DNA of 64,000 bases from Faecalimonas sp. (GTDB lineage Bacteria > Bacillota > Clostridia > Lachnospirales > Lachnospiraceae). The notes beneath the pieces are model-generated. The model ran no database searches, was not told where the DNA came from, and saw nothing but the letters and a program-made list of their open reading frames with translations. This document shows, piece by piece, positions 50,523 to 59,681 of this stretch; positions within the stretch are counted from its first letter, which is position 1; each line of letters starts with the position of its first letter. Where the stretch lies: assembly GCA_045659705.1 (NCBI GenBank), contig JAZRCJ010000071.1:7810-71809 (forward strand). The letters run 5' to 3'. The position numbers and the translations under genes are program-made.

Positions 50523-53500
50523 TTATTCTAAGTTAGTAATAATCGAATGGTTGACATCAAATTCATTTCCATTCAATGTTATGACTGTACCTCCAGTTTG
50601 TTTTGGGCTTTCATCATATCGCCCTGTCTTCAATCCATATGTAAAACGAATACCTTCCCATTCCACACTGATGGAATTTACATGTTGGTGTCCGAAGAAC
50701 GTACCGTCTGTTCCTGCTGCTTTTAAATATGGCAAAATAAATTCTGACATTGCAGACGAACCAACTGTTCTTGCTTGTTTAAACCCGAGATTGGTTTCAT
50801 AATTGTGACTGACACTTTCGGTATCTGCTTTCGCCTGATATCCAGCATTAACAAGCGCCGTCGTCACTTCTGCAAGTGGCACATGCACACATAAGAAGGA
50901 TGGCACTTCTGCACCCATATAGGCATTTACTTTTGCCGCTGTAGAGCGATACCAGTTAATCTGCTCATCATGGAAGATAAATTTTGTAGTAATTGCATCT
51001 TTATCTTCTTGATTTGCCACTCCGGAAATATTTGCACATCCATTCGTATCCATCATGAAAATGGTTCTCTGAATCTTGCCTTGCACCGCAATACCAATCG
51101 AATAATTACCATTACCGCCAATCTCATTTCTGCGATTAAAAACACAGTAATCGGATTCCATAAACTGCTGGCACTGCCAACTCACGCCCAATGCAGTTTC
51201 ATTGTCATGATTTCCGAAAATAGGAGCCCATAGAATCTTATATGAATCCATCTTCTCAACCAATTTCTGTAAAGCTGTTCCGTCATCATCAAATTCGCCG
51301 TATACATTATCTCCGGTCATTAAGATTAAGTCCGGCTTTTCCTTTGCAATCAATGCATCAAGCTCATTGTAAACCAGATTATTCATCTGATCAGTTGCAT
51401 ATTTGATAACCGAGCTTGCAGACAAACGATTCGCCGTCCTTTGTTGTGCACTGTCAATAATCTGTGTGTCCGTAATTTGCAACACTTTAATCTCTCTGTC
51501 CGTGTCAAAATCAAGTACAAAATCCAATCCACAACCACTGAGTGCTGCTGTATTTGTTGTATAAACTCTGCTCGCTTCATCTGCAATATCCGAGATGCTA
51601 ATTACAGAAGTTCCTTCTTCTGTGGTAGTTAAATCTGTAATGTGAGTCTCTGTTCCGTTTTGAGTTTGGCTACCTGTTTCTCCCAAAATATTGCGAGACA
51701 TGGCTTTGGCTTGAAGTGTATTAATATCTCCAAGTAATTGTGTGTGCATACTATCCAACACTGTTGCAGAATACCATTCGCTTCCTTCCACATAGCCAAC
51801 AGCTTTCTTACCTGCATTGGATGTATCGGCTCTTTCCCCTGCTGCCAGTTTCTTCAAAGCTACTAGATCAACCGTCTTAACAAATCCATCTGCAGTAACA
51901 TCATTTGTCTTGTATACAAGTACATTTTCCTTAAAGGTACTTGTTCCCATGGTTGTTTCATTCGTATAAACGACTTCATATTCACCTGGTTTTGTTGTAT
52001 TCCAAGATGATCCTTGCACCTTGCCATTAACCGTCACTGCCACTCCATCTGCAAAGTAAGCATAATCATCTGCACAATGTGTAATCTCTGTAGCCATTTG
52101 CTGTGTATAATTACCAAGTACAATATGACCATTTGACTTTTCTGAGTATACCGCGATGTTTGGGTTCAATTCACTTGTTACGCTATCTACATAGAAATAG
52201 GTGTTGTTATATAACACATCATTAAACCAAACACCAACTTCCAAGTCATCAAACAAATCATCACCGTCGCTATCCACATATTTTGTAGAAATGCTTAACT
52301 TATAGGTATTCTCAAATAATTTTACGCCTGCAACACCTGCATGAAGGGTTGCCAAAGTTTTGTCTGCATAACCCACGCTAAAAGTTTCTGCCGCATTTCC
52401 ATCAGAACCGATTCGTATACAGTGCCATCCCATCAACTTTTCTGACGGACAACCATAGAATAATTTCACGCCTTCTTTACTAAATCTTACATTTGTAGAA
52501 AATATTGCGCCATCTAAACTTCCCGTTTTCTCCGCTGTGGTCTTCGGATGCATAAGGGTTTCTTCCGGATTGCCACTGCCATATCCATAAACACCTGCTG
52601 CCGCGCCAGATGCATTGACATCAGAAAGGCCTAGTTGCTTAGCAAACTGACTTTTTTCTTCCTTTACATCCGTTATACTTACAGTATTTGCATACGCCTC
52701 TTCCGCTGTTAAGTAGGAAAATACAGACATTCCTGTTCCCACTTCATCAATTTTGTCTACATAATAATAATTGCGAAGTAACTTGCCATCGATCCATACG
52801 CCCAAACGAGCATCATCACTTTTACCGTCTCCGTGAAAATCCATCTTTTCGAGGCTAAGTCCTAATTTGAATGAATCGCCAAAGAATGTTGTTCTATCGA
52901 CTTCGGAGGCAGCAATTGTTCCTCCTATAATAGAATTATCTGTATTCGCCACTGTAATGGTGGCATTTAAAATATTAAATTTCGTTCCATACCAACCACC
53001 TTTATCCAGCGGTACCGCATAATGAATCTGTGAACCTGCTGTAGACTCCTCCACACTAAGATTCACTTCCATCAAAGTATTAAGGAGTGTGGTTGGTCCT
53101 ACAGAATTATGTACCTGTTTAATGCACTCACCATTTGCAAGTCCAAAGTCCTCCAGCTCCACTTTACGCAACCGACTGACATCCTGTACTTCAGATTCAA
53201 TTGCAATTGCCGTAGTACCTGTGGTGAAGTTTCCAGCTGCAAGCATCGAGAATCGATTCACCAGCGAAACGGATTCGGAGCACATATCTTTGATAATCAC
53301 ATAATGATTCTGCAAAAGTTTATCATTAATACGAATTTCAATCTTTCCATCGGTTGCGGCTCCATCACCATCCCAATCCCAAGGAATGGTATTAAAACTG
53401 ATGTCGAATTCTTTTCCTATCGGCATACCACTCGCATAAGATTGACTATTATCCCCTGAGGCGTCTGGTTCGTTCAGATAACTACCTCCCAACCTGGTTC

Positions 53501-54515
53501 CCGGTATAAACCAAAATTGTCCAGAAGATTTGATTTGAATGCGCAATCCACTAATATACCATTCTCTATCTCCCTCTTTCACAGTAGCGGTACTACCATA
53601 ATTAAGCATATATGTTCCGCTACCGCTTAGCATCATTCGTCCTTTCAATTGAGTAGATATCATGGACCCCACAAAGGTACCCGTTCTATAAGTGGCTTGC
53701 GTTGAAAAAGTTTGATCCGACAAACCATAATCCGCAAACGTAGCTGTATTATTATACGGTAATTCGCAGGATTCAACGGTGACTGAATCACAAATCCCAT
53801 CTGTTGAACCAAAATTACGTCCACTCACTTCACCAGCAAACCATTTTTCTGCCGTGTTCAAAATATAACAATTCCCATTGGCACCATATTTTGCCGGATC
53901 TCCAATCCCTTTCGTACTACTGTCAACACACAGAACATCATTTATGTATAGTTTAATTAGTACATCATTATTAAGTTCTCCACTTGTAGTATCTGCCACA
54001 CTATCCAAATTTGTCATTTCCACAGAAAAAGTGAGTTTAAATTTATTATTAAAAAAGGAAGCTAATCCAGCTGGCTTTGCAAACACAAATTTATTCACAT
54101 TATTACAAATTGCATCTGTATGCAAATACATATTATTGGCATCAAATGACAATTTAATACCTGCCCAAGTACGCGTAGCGTGAGATGGATCTCCTCCAAA
54201 TACCAAAAACGGATTGTTTGCTGCCGCAATAGTATCCCCCTCATTGTTTAGCGTAATATAACCACTAAATTGACTCTCAATTAATGAAGTCCCAGATCCA
54301 GCCGCACTAGAAATATAGCTCTTCGGAGTCAATCTCTCAGCTATCGTACTGTCAGCTAGCCCAAAATCTGCGAATGTAATTGGTCGTAATGTAGTTGTCT
54401 TGGTTGTTGCTGTTTGTGTCGTGTCATCTGCCTGCACTTCTTGGGTACCGACATTACTAAACGCAATGCCGGCAACCATACATAGCACCAACAAATATGA
54501 TAATATTTTTTTCAT
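50523..54515 (-). CDS. Secreted multidomain protein: four unassigned beta-rich modules, a dockerin-like segment and a C-terminal calcineurin-like metallophosphoesterase
   Basis: Signal peptide; repeated TFADFGL...DxDGDG..D...xxxND modules; VLQITDTQ, MTGDNV, FGNHD, HVP, GHQH. Confidence 0.75.
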   Translation of the reverse strand: MKKILSYLLVLCMVAGIAFSNVGTQEVQADDTTQTATTKTTTLRPITFADFGLADSTIAERLTPKSYISSAAGSGTSLIESQFSGYITLNNEGDTIAAANNPFLVFGGDPSHATRTWAGIKLSFDANNMYLHTDAICNNVNKFVFAKPAGLASFFNNKFKLTFSVEMTNLDSVADTTSGELNNDVLIKLYINDVLCVDSSTKGIGDPAKYGANGNCYILNTAEKWFAGEVSGRNFGSTDGICDSVTVESCELPYNNTATFADYGLSDQTFSTQATYRTGTFVGSMISTQLKGRMMLSGSGTYMLNYGSTATVKEGDREWYISGLRIQIKSSGQFWFIPGTRLGGSYLNEPDASGDNSQSYASGMPIGKEFDISFNTIPWDWDGDGAATDGKIEIRINDKLLQNHYVIIKDMCSESVSLVNRFSMLAAGNFTTGTTAIAIESEVQDVSRLRKVELEDFGLANGECIKQVHNSVGPTTLLNTLMEVNLSVEESTAGSQIHYAVPLDKGGWYGTKFNILNATITVANTDNSIIGGTIAASEVDRTTFFGDSFKLGLSLEKMDFHGDGKSDDARLGVWIDGKLLRNYYYVDKIDEVGTGMSVFSYLTAEEAYANTVSITDVKEEKSQFAKQLGLSDVNASGAAAGVYGYGSGNPEETLMHPKTTAEKTGSLDGAIFSTNVRFSKEGVKLFYGCPSEKLMGWHCIRIGSDGNAAETFSVGYADKTLATLHAGVAGVKLFENTYKLSISTKYVDSDGDDLFDDLEVGVWFNDVLYNNTYFYVDSVTSELNPNIAVYSEKSNGHIVLGNYTQQMATEITHCADDYAYFADGVAVTVNGKVQGSSWNTTKPGEYEVVYTNETTMGTSTFKENVLVYKTNDVTADGFVKTVDLVALKKLAAGERADTSNAGKKAVGYVEGSEWYSATVLDSMHTQLLGDINTLQAKAMSRNILGETGSQTQNGTETHITDLTTTEEGTSVISISDIADEASRVYTTNTAALSGCGLDFVLDFDTDREIKVLQITDTQIIDSAQQRTANRLSASSVIKYATDQMNNLVYNELDALIAKEKPDLILMTGDNVYGEFDDDGTALQKLVEKMDSYKILWAPIFGNHDNETALGVSWQCQQFMESDYCVFNRRNEIGGNGNYSIGIAVQGKIQRTIFMMDTNGCANISGVANQEDKDAITTKFIFHDEQINWYRSTAAKVNAYMGAEVPSFLCVHVPLAEVTTALVNAGYQAKADTESVSHNYETNLGFKQARTVGSSAMSEFILPYLKAAGTDGTFFGHQHVNSISVEWEGIRFTYGLKTGRYDESPKQTGGTVITLNGNEFDVNHSIITNLE

Positions 54516-54535
54516 ATGACTGTCCCCCTTATCTC

Positions 54536-57500
54536 TTATTTTCTAAGGCCCAATTCATATGCCCATCTTCTTGTAAATCCCCAGATTGTATACTCAATTG
54601 GCTTATGATAGGTGTAAATCTTTAAACTTGCATCCTTATTTGCACAATAAATACCAAGATGTCCTCCTAGCACATCTGCAATGTCCTGCAGATAGAACCA
54701 GCGATCCCCGTATGCTTTTCCATTAAACCATACGCCTAGTTTTACATCATCCTTTTTGCCATCCCCATCAGCATCCACATATTCGAAGCTCAGTTGCAAT
54801 TTTACATCTTCTCCAACCAGTGCAGTTCCTGCTGTTGCTGGATCAAAGTAGATATTTGCCATCTTTCCTTCCGCTTCGTTTAAGACCAACTTACCATCTT
54901 CTGTATTGGAAAGAATCAATCCATGCCATGCACTTGGCTTTCCGCCGATACGGAGCTGTGCTCCTGCATCCTTCGAAAACTGTACTGTATCGGAAAATAC
55001 AACTTTATTTAAACTTTCCAAACCACAATGTCCGCTGGCAGCCAATCCTAATTTATCAAAACTATAGGTGTCGCTTTTGATACCATAAGAATCAAATGTT
55101 AACTGTTTGAAGTTTTTATCCACTATAGGCGTCGGTTCCGGAATTCCGATTTTGATACTTCCTTTTTTGTTTTCCACATAGAAACCTACATAGTTTCCAA
55201 AAGCATCCGCTGCATTACTCAAATGGAAATAAGAACCGTCGTATAGTTCTCCATTAATATAAAACCCTAATTTTGCATGCTTGCCGTTCTTGAACAACTC
55301 AATCTTTAGGTCTATTTCTTCACCAACTAAGGCTGTGCCTGCAACTTCCGGCATCAGATAATAAACTTCTGGGAATTCTCCCGCACTTGCCTGTATCTGA
55401 ATGGCTCCATTGTCCTGCGTGGTAAAGTTTACACCATGCCATGCACTTGGTTTTCCACCATAACGGATACTATTTCCCTTATGTTTACTGAATGTAATCT
55501 TCGTGGAAAATGTGGAATTCATAAATCCACTTTTGTATGTTCCCGACACAACCAAATCATTGTTGTTATATTTGTAAAGTGCCTCGGTAATTCCCAATTG
55601 TCCTAGTGTCACTTTATGAAGCGCTGGTTTTTCAATCACTTCTTTCCCTTTGCCGTCCAGCGACTCTAGTATGACGTCCGAACACAAGCCTTCTACACCA
55701 ATATTTTGTATTGTGAAATACCCTTGCAAATTGTCAGTCTTCGCATTGAGAATATAGTAGGAACCATTTTCTCCATAAAGTTCTGCATTTCCTGTGTCAT
55801 TTGCAATCCAAAGAGTATCATTAATATACATTTTTACAAGTACATCGTCTTTTTCCGCACCACCATCTAAATTGGCCGATTCAAAAGCGACTGTCAGTCT
55901 AAACTTCTCACCCGCAAATGTTGTCAAGCCTTCATTGTTATCCGCACTGAAGGTATATGGATACGGATTGGTATCTGTTACAGAACCCTGATTTAACACT
56001 ACCGTTTTTCCATCTGGTTTAAACTGAAGTTGTACGCCATCCCAACCGGAGCTTTCTACCCCATTCGTTCCGCCAAGTACCACATAAGTTTCTGCACTTG
56101 CACTTGTCAAATCTTCATTTAATGTGAGATAACCGCTCACTTCTGTTCCTACAAGAGATGCCCCCTCGTTATAGGTTCCTCTCACACTTGTATATCTATT
56201 ATCTGCAAGTTCAAAATCGATAAATGTAAGTCCTGTCAATTCTACAGGTTCTTCCGGTTCTGGCTCTGGTTCCGGCTCTGGCTCTGGTTCCGGCTCCGGA
56301 TCAGGTTCTGGATCAGGTACAACACTGACATCTCCAAAAGTAATGTCTGAACAAAGTCCTGCAACACCCATCTGTTGCACGGCCAAATACCCTAACATAT
56401 TCTCTGTCTTTGCATTTAGAATGTAGTAAGAACCATCCGCTCCATAAAGCGCTGCATTTCCTGTATCATTTGCCACCCACAAATTATCGTTGATATACAA
56501 TTTTACAAGAATATCATTCTTTTCTGTTCCACCATCTAAATTAGCCGGTTCAAAAGATACAGTAAGTTTAAACTTTTCACCTGCAAATGTGGTTAGTCCT
56601 TCGTTGCTGTCTGCGCTAAATGTATATCCATACGGATTGGTTCCTGTCACAGAACCTTGATTTAATTTAACTGTTTTTCCATCTGGCTCAAACTGAATTT
56701 GAACACCATCCCATCCGGAACTTGCTAATCCTGTAGTTCCGCCAAGCACTAACCATGTTCCGGCACTTGCATTTGTCAAATCCTCATTTAATGTGATATA
56801 ACCACTGAGTTTTGTTCCTATCAAAGAAGCGCCTTCGTTGTATGTTCCTCTTACAAAGGTGTAAGTTCCGTCTGCAAGACCAAAACTTGTAAAATCAAGA
56901 TCCGTCAACACTACCGGTTCTTCCGGTTCTGGCTCAGGCTCAGGCTCTGGTTCTGGCTCCTGGGTTTCGATGCTGATAGATTCTAATGTAACATCTGAGC
57001 AAAGACCTGCCGCGCCAATCTGTTGCGCTGCAAAATAGCCCAAGAAATTCTCCGTTTTAGCATTTAAGATATAATAAGAACCATCTTTACCATAAGTTGC
57101 TGCATCGCTGACATTGTGTGCCACCCAAAGGTTGTCATTAATATAGAGTTTGAACAGAATATCATTTGCTTCTGCTCCACCGTCTAGATTTGCAGTCTCT
57201 AAACTAATAGAAAGTTTGAATTTCTCACCTGCAAATGTGGTTAAGCCAAGATTGTTATCTACACTGAAAGCAAATGGATATCCATTGGTGCCTACAGAGC
57301 CTTGATTTACCGTTACACTCTTTCCGCTTGGATCAAACTGTATCTGAATCCCATCCCATCCGGAACTTGCTAATCCCGTAGTTCCGCCAAGCACTAGCCA
57401 TGCTCCGGCACTTGCATTTTTCAAATCCTCGTTTAAAGTCACATAACCACTCAGTTTTGTTCCCACTAAAGACGCACCTTCTTTGTAAGTCCCTCTTACA

Positions 57501-58258
57501 AAGTTGTATGTGTTATTCTCAAGGCCAAAATCCGTAAAACTAATTGGAGTCAATTCTTCCGTATAAGACTCCAATGCTATATCCGAACAAAGACCTGCTG
57601 CACCTATCTGCTGTGCTGCAAGATAGCCTAACAGATTCTCTGTCTTTGCATTTAAGATATAGTAAGAACCGTCTTTGCCATAAGTCGCCGCGTCGCTGAC
57701 ATTATTTGCTACCCAAAGATGGTCATTAATATACAACTTAAACAGAACATCATTAGCTTCTGCACCACCATCCAAGTTTGCACTTTCCAAACTGATTGCC
57801 AGTTTAAATTTCTCACCCGCAAATGTTGTCAATCCTCTATTACTATCCACACTATAGGTAAATGGATACCCATTGCTTCCTACAGAACCTTGATTTACTG
57901 TTACGCTTTTTCCGCTTGGGTCAAACTGAATTTGAATACCGTCCCAACCGGAACTTGGAAGTCCTGTTGTTCCACCAAGAACCAGCCATGCTCCTGCGCT
58001 TGCACTTGTTAAATCCTCGTTTAAAGTGATGTAGCCACTTAATTTCGTTCCTATCAAGGACGCACCTTCATTATATGTTCCTCTTACAAAGGTGTATGTT
58101 TGATTTGCAAGACCGAAATTGGAAAATGTCAGTTCTGTCAACGAATCCGTTGATGTGTTTGTTCCGGCAAAAGACTGGATTCCAATAGCATTTAACACCA
58201 ATACCATCGCACAAACAACGGCCATTATTCTTTTCCTATATAATCGTTTTTCTTTCAT
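54536..58258 (-). CDS. Secreted protein built from six copies of an unassigned ~170-196 aa module with Pro-Glu linkers
   Basis: Signal peptide; four highly similar and two divergent modules; (PE)n linkers; probable ATG at 58258. Confidence 0.8.
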   Translation of the reverse strand: MKEKRLYRKRIMAVVCAMVLVLNAIGIQSFAGTNTSTDSLTELTFSNFGLANQTYTFVRGTYNEGASLIGTKLSGYITLNEDLTSASAGAWLVLGGTTGLPSSGWDGIQIQFDPSGKSVTVNQGSVGSNGYPFTYSVDSNRGLTTFAGEKFKLAISLESANLDGGAEANDVLFKLYINDHLWVANNVSDAATYGKDGSYYILNAKTENLLGYLAAQQIGAAGLCSDIALESYTEELTPISFTDFGLENNTYNFVRGTYKEGASLVGTKLSGYVTLNEDLKNASAGAWLVLGGTTGLASSGWDGIQIQFDPSGKSVTVNQGSVGTNGYPFAFSVDNNLGLTTFAGEKFKLSISLETANLDGGAEANDILFKLYINDNLWVAHNVSDAATYGKDGSYYILNAKTENFLGYFAAQQIGAAGLCSDVTLESISIETQEPEPEPEPEPEPEEPVVLTDLDFTSFGLADGTYTFVRGTYNEGASLIGTKLSGYITLNEDLTNASAGTWLVLGGTTGLASSGWDGVQIQFEPDGKTVKLNQGSVTGTNPYGYTFSADSNEGLTTFAGEKFKLTVSFEPANLDGGTEKNDILVKLYINDNLWVANDTGNAALYGADGSYYILNAKTENMLGYLAVQQMGVAGLCSDITFGDVSVVPDPEPDPEPEPEPEPEPEPEPEEPVELTGLTFIDFELADNRYTSVRGTYNEGASLVGTEVSGYLTLNEDLTSASAETYVVLGGTNGVESSGWDGVQLQFKPDGKTVVLNQGSVTDTNPYPYTFSADNNEGLTTFAGEKFRLTVAFESANLDGGAEKDDVLVKMYINDTLWIANDTGNAELYGENGSYYILNAKTDNLQGYFTIQNIGVEGLCSDVILESLDGKGKEVIEKPALHKVTLGQLGITEALYKYNNNDLVVSGTYKSGFMNSTFSTKITFSKHKGNSIRYGGKPSAWHGVNFTTQDNGAIQIQASAGEFPEVYYLMPEVAGTALVGEEIDLKIELFKNGKHAKLGFYINGELYDGSYFHLSNAADAFGNYVGFYVENKKGSIKIGIPEPTPIVDKNFKQLTFDSYGIKSDTYSFDKLGLAASGHCGLESLNKVVFSDTVQFSKDAGAQLRIGGKPSAWHGLILSNTEDGKLVLNEAEGKMANIYFDPATAGTALVGEDVKLQLSFEYVDADGDGKKDDVKLGVWFNGKAYGDRWFYLQDIADVLGGHLGIYCANKDASLKIYTYHKPIEYTIWGFTRRWAYELGLRK
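55640..58141 (-). repeat. Four intragenic tandem repeats of ~590 bp
   Basis: Units start at about 58141, 57553, 56908 and 56239 (minus strand); first period 588 nt; PE-coding hexamer repeats at ~56250-56320 and ~56915-56960. Confidence 0.9.
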
Positions 58259-58271
58259 TTTGTTTCCACCT

Positions 58272-59681
58272 TTATTCAAATACTACCAACACACCTTCTC
58301 CTGCTTTCAAGTCCAGTGTCATTTTATTGGTATCTACATAAGAAACTTTTGCCTGCTGCGTTACAGTTGCTTTATAAGAATCTTTTAAATCAAGTGTAAC
58401 TTTTTGCGCCTTTTCTGCCTCATAATTCACGACATAAAGTGCACTTTTCCCTTTAAAATTAAAGCAACCAATTAGTGCATTACCCTGCACACCTTCTACT
58501 TCTCGCCATGAAGTGCCTTCCAAAAGGTAATTCATACCCTTCATATCTTGCATTGCTTCCTCTCCGGATGCAATCACGCCTTTGTTTACCGCGTTCATCA
58601 AAACACTGTCCACTGCTGCAATCTGCTCATTAATGCTTTTTGCATAATGCCACCACTGTGTTTTATTACCTGCGGCACCGATAATTCCATTTCTTTGGAA
58701 ATCCCATGGGGTAGATTCTGCCAATGCAAAATAAGTCGGCTGAATCAGTGGGAAATACTGAATCCCCTTGGCGCCATAAGCAAGTGCTGTATTGACATTC
58801 CATCGAAATTGGCCTTCTGTCGGATAATATCCATTTGTATCGAATTTTTCTGCTGCATCATTCCATTGACTTCCTGCCTGCACATATACCCAGAACGGAA
58901 TCTCCTGTTCCTCTGCATACTTACGTATCACGTCTACGTTATAAAAATATCCTGCCTTTGTTCTTCCTTCGTCCCACACATAGTAGTCAAAAGACAGATA
59001 ACTAGGATTGCAGGTCGTACAATACTCTTCGATCATCTGATTATACTTTTCGTAATCCGCTTCTTCCCATACCGGGAATAAATTTCCGCCACCAACCATA
59101 TTCAGTGATGCCAAGTCCGTAAATAACGGTGCAAATGCTGAAATATCATGGGCTTGATCTTTTGACGGATAATAATACGGTGTTCCCGGTTCATCTACTA
59201 CATACACACCACAAAATGCAGGATAATCACTATATTCTGTAATGCGTTCGCTGACCTTTAACAGATTGGTTCCATCCCCTGTGGCTAATGTCTGTAACAT
59301 AGTATCCTGGACAAAAAGGCCCAATCCATATTTCTCTCCGAGTTCCAGTAACTTCCTTGTATCTTCCGGCGAAGTCTTATAGTCTGTACGCGTGTAGTGC
59401 GTCATATTCACGCCACATTCTGTAATACTCTCGAAAATCTCATCGGTGATGTAATTCGGAAAAGACTCACCATCCACGCTAGAATCTACCATGTATGGTC
59501 CATAGTATCCGGAAATTGGCATTACATCTGAGCCACCAATAAAATCAAAACTTACCGCCTGTACCTCTTCTATTTCCATAGGTTCCAGACTTGCTTTCTG
59601 CGTGCCACAGGCTGTCAATGATGCTAACATACCTGCCAAAAGCAATGCGCTGATGCCTCGCTTTAAAATTTTATGCTTCAT
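58272..59681 (-). CDS. Lipoprotein, putative glycoside hydrolase (TIM-barrel-like)
   Basis: Lipobox LTAC; GVYVVDEP, YLSFDYY, PFWVYVQ, ALAYGAKGIQYF. Confidence 0.6.
   Translation of the reverse strand: MKHKILKRGISALLLAGMLASLTACGTQKASLEPMEIEEVQAVSFDFIGGSDVMPISGYYGPYMVDSSVDGESFPNYITDEIFESITECGVNMTHYTRTDYKTSPEDTRKLLELGEKYGLGLFVQDTMLQTLATGDGTNLLKVSERITEYSDYPAFCGVYVVDEPGTPYYYPSKDQAHDISAFAPLFTDLASLNMVGGGNLFPVWEEADYEKYNQMIEEYCTTCNPSYLSFDYYVWDEGRTKAGYFYNVDVIRKYAEEQEIPFWVYVQAGSQWNDAAEKFDTNGYYPTEGQFRWNVNTALAYGAKGIQYFPLIQPTYFALAESTPWDFQRNGIIGAAGNKTQWWHYAKSINEQIAAVDSVLMNAVNKGVIASGEEAMQDMKGMNYLLEGTSWREVEGVQGNALIGCFNFKGKSALYVVNYEAEKAQKVTLDLKDSYKATVTQQAKVSYVDTNKMTLDLKAGEGVLVVFE

Noticed and set aside
56250-56320. 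Hexamer repeats as a phase-variation switch
   Set aside because: Unit length is a multiple of three and encodes a Pro-Glu linker, so slippage would not shift the frame
55640-58141. Intragenic repeats as a diversity-generating retroelement or CRISPR-like array
   Set aside because: No reverse transcriptase or cas genes; units are in-frame protein domains, and the differences I inspected are not adenine-specific
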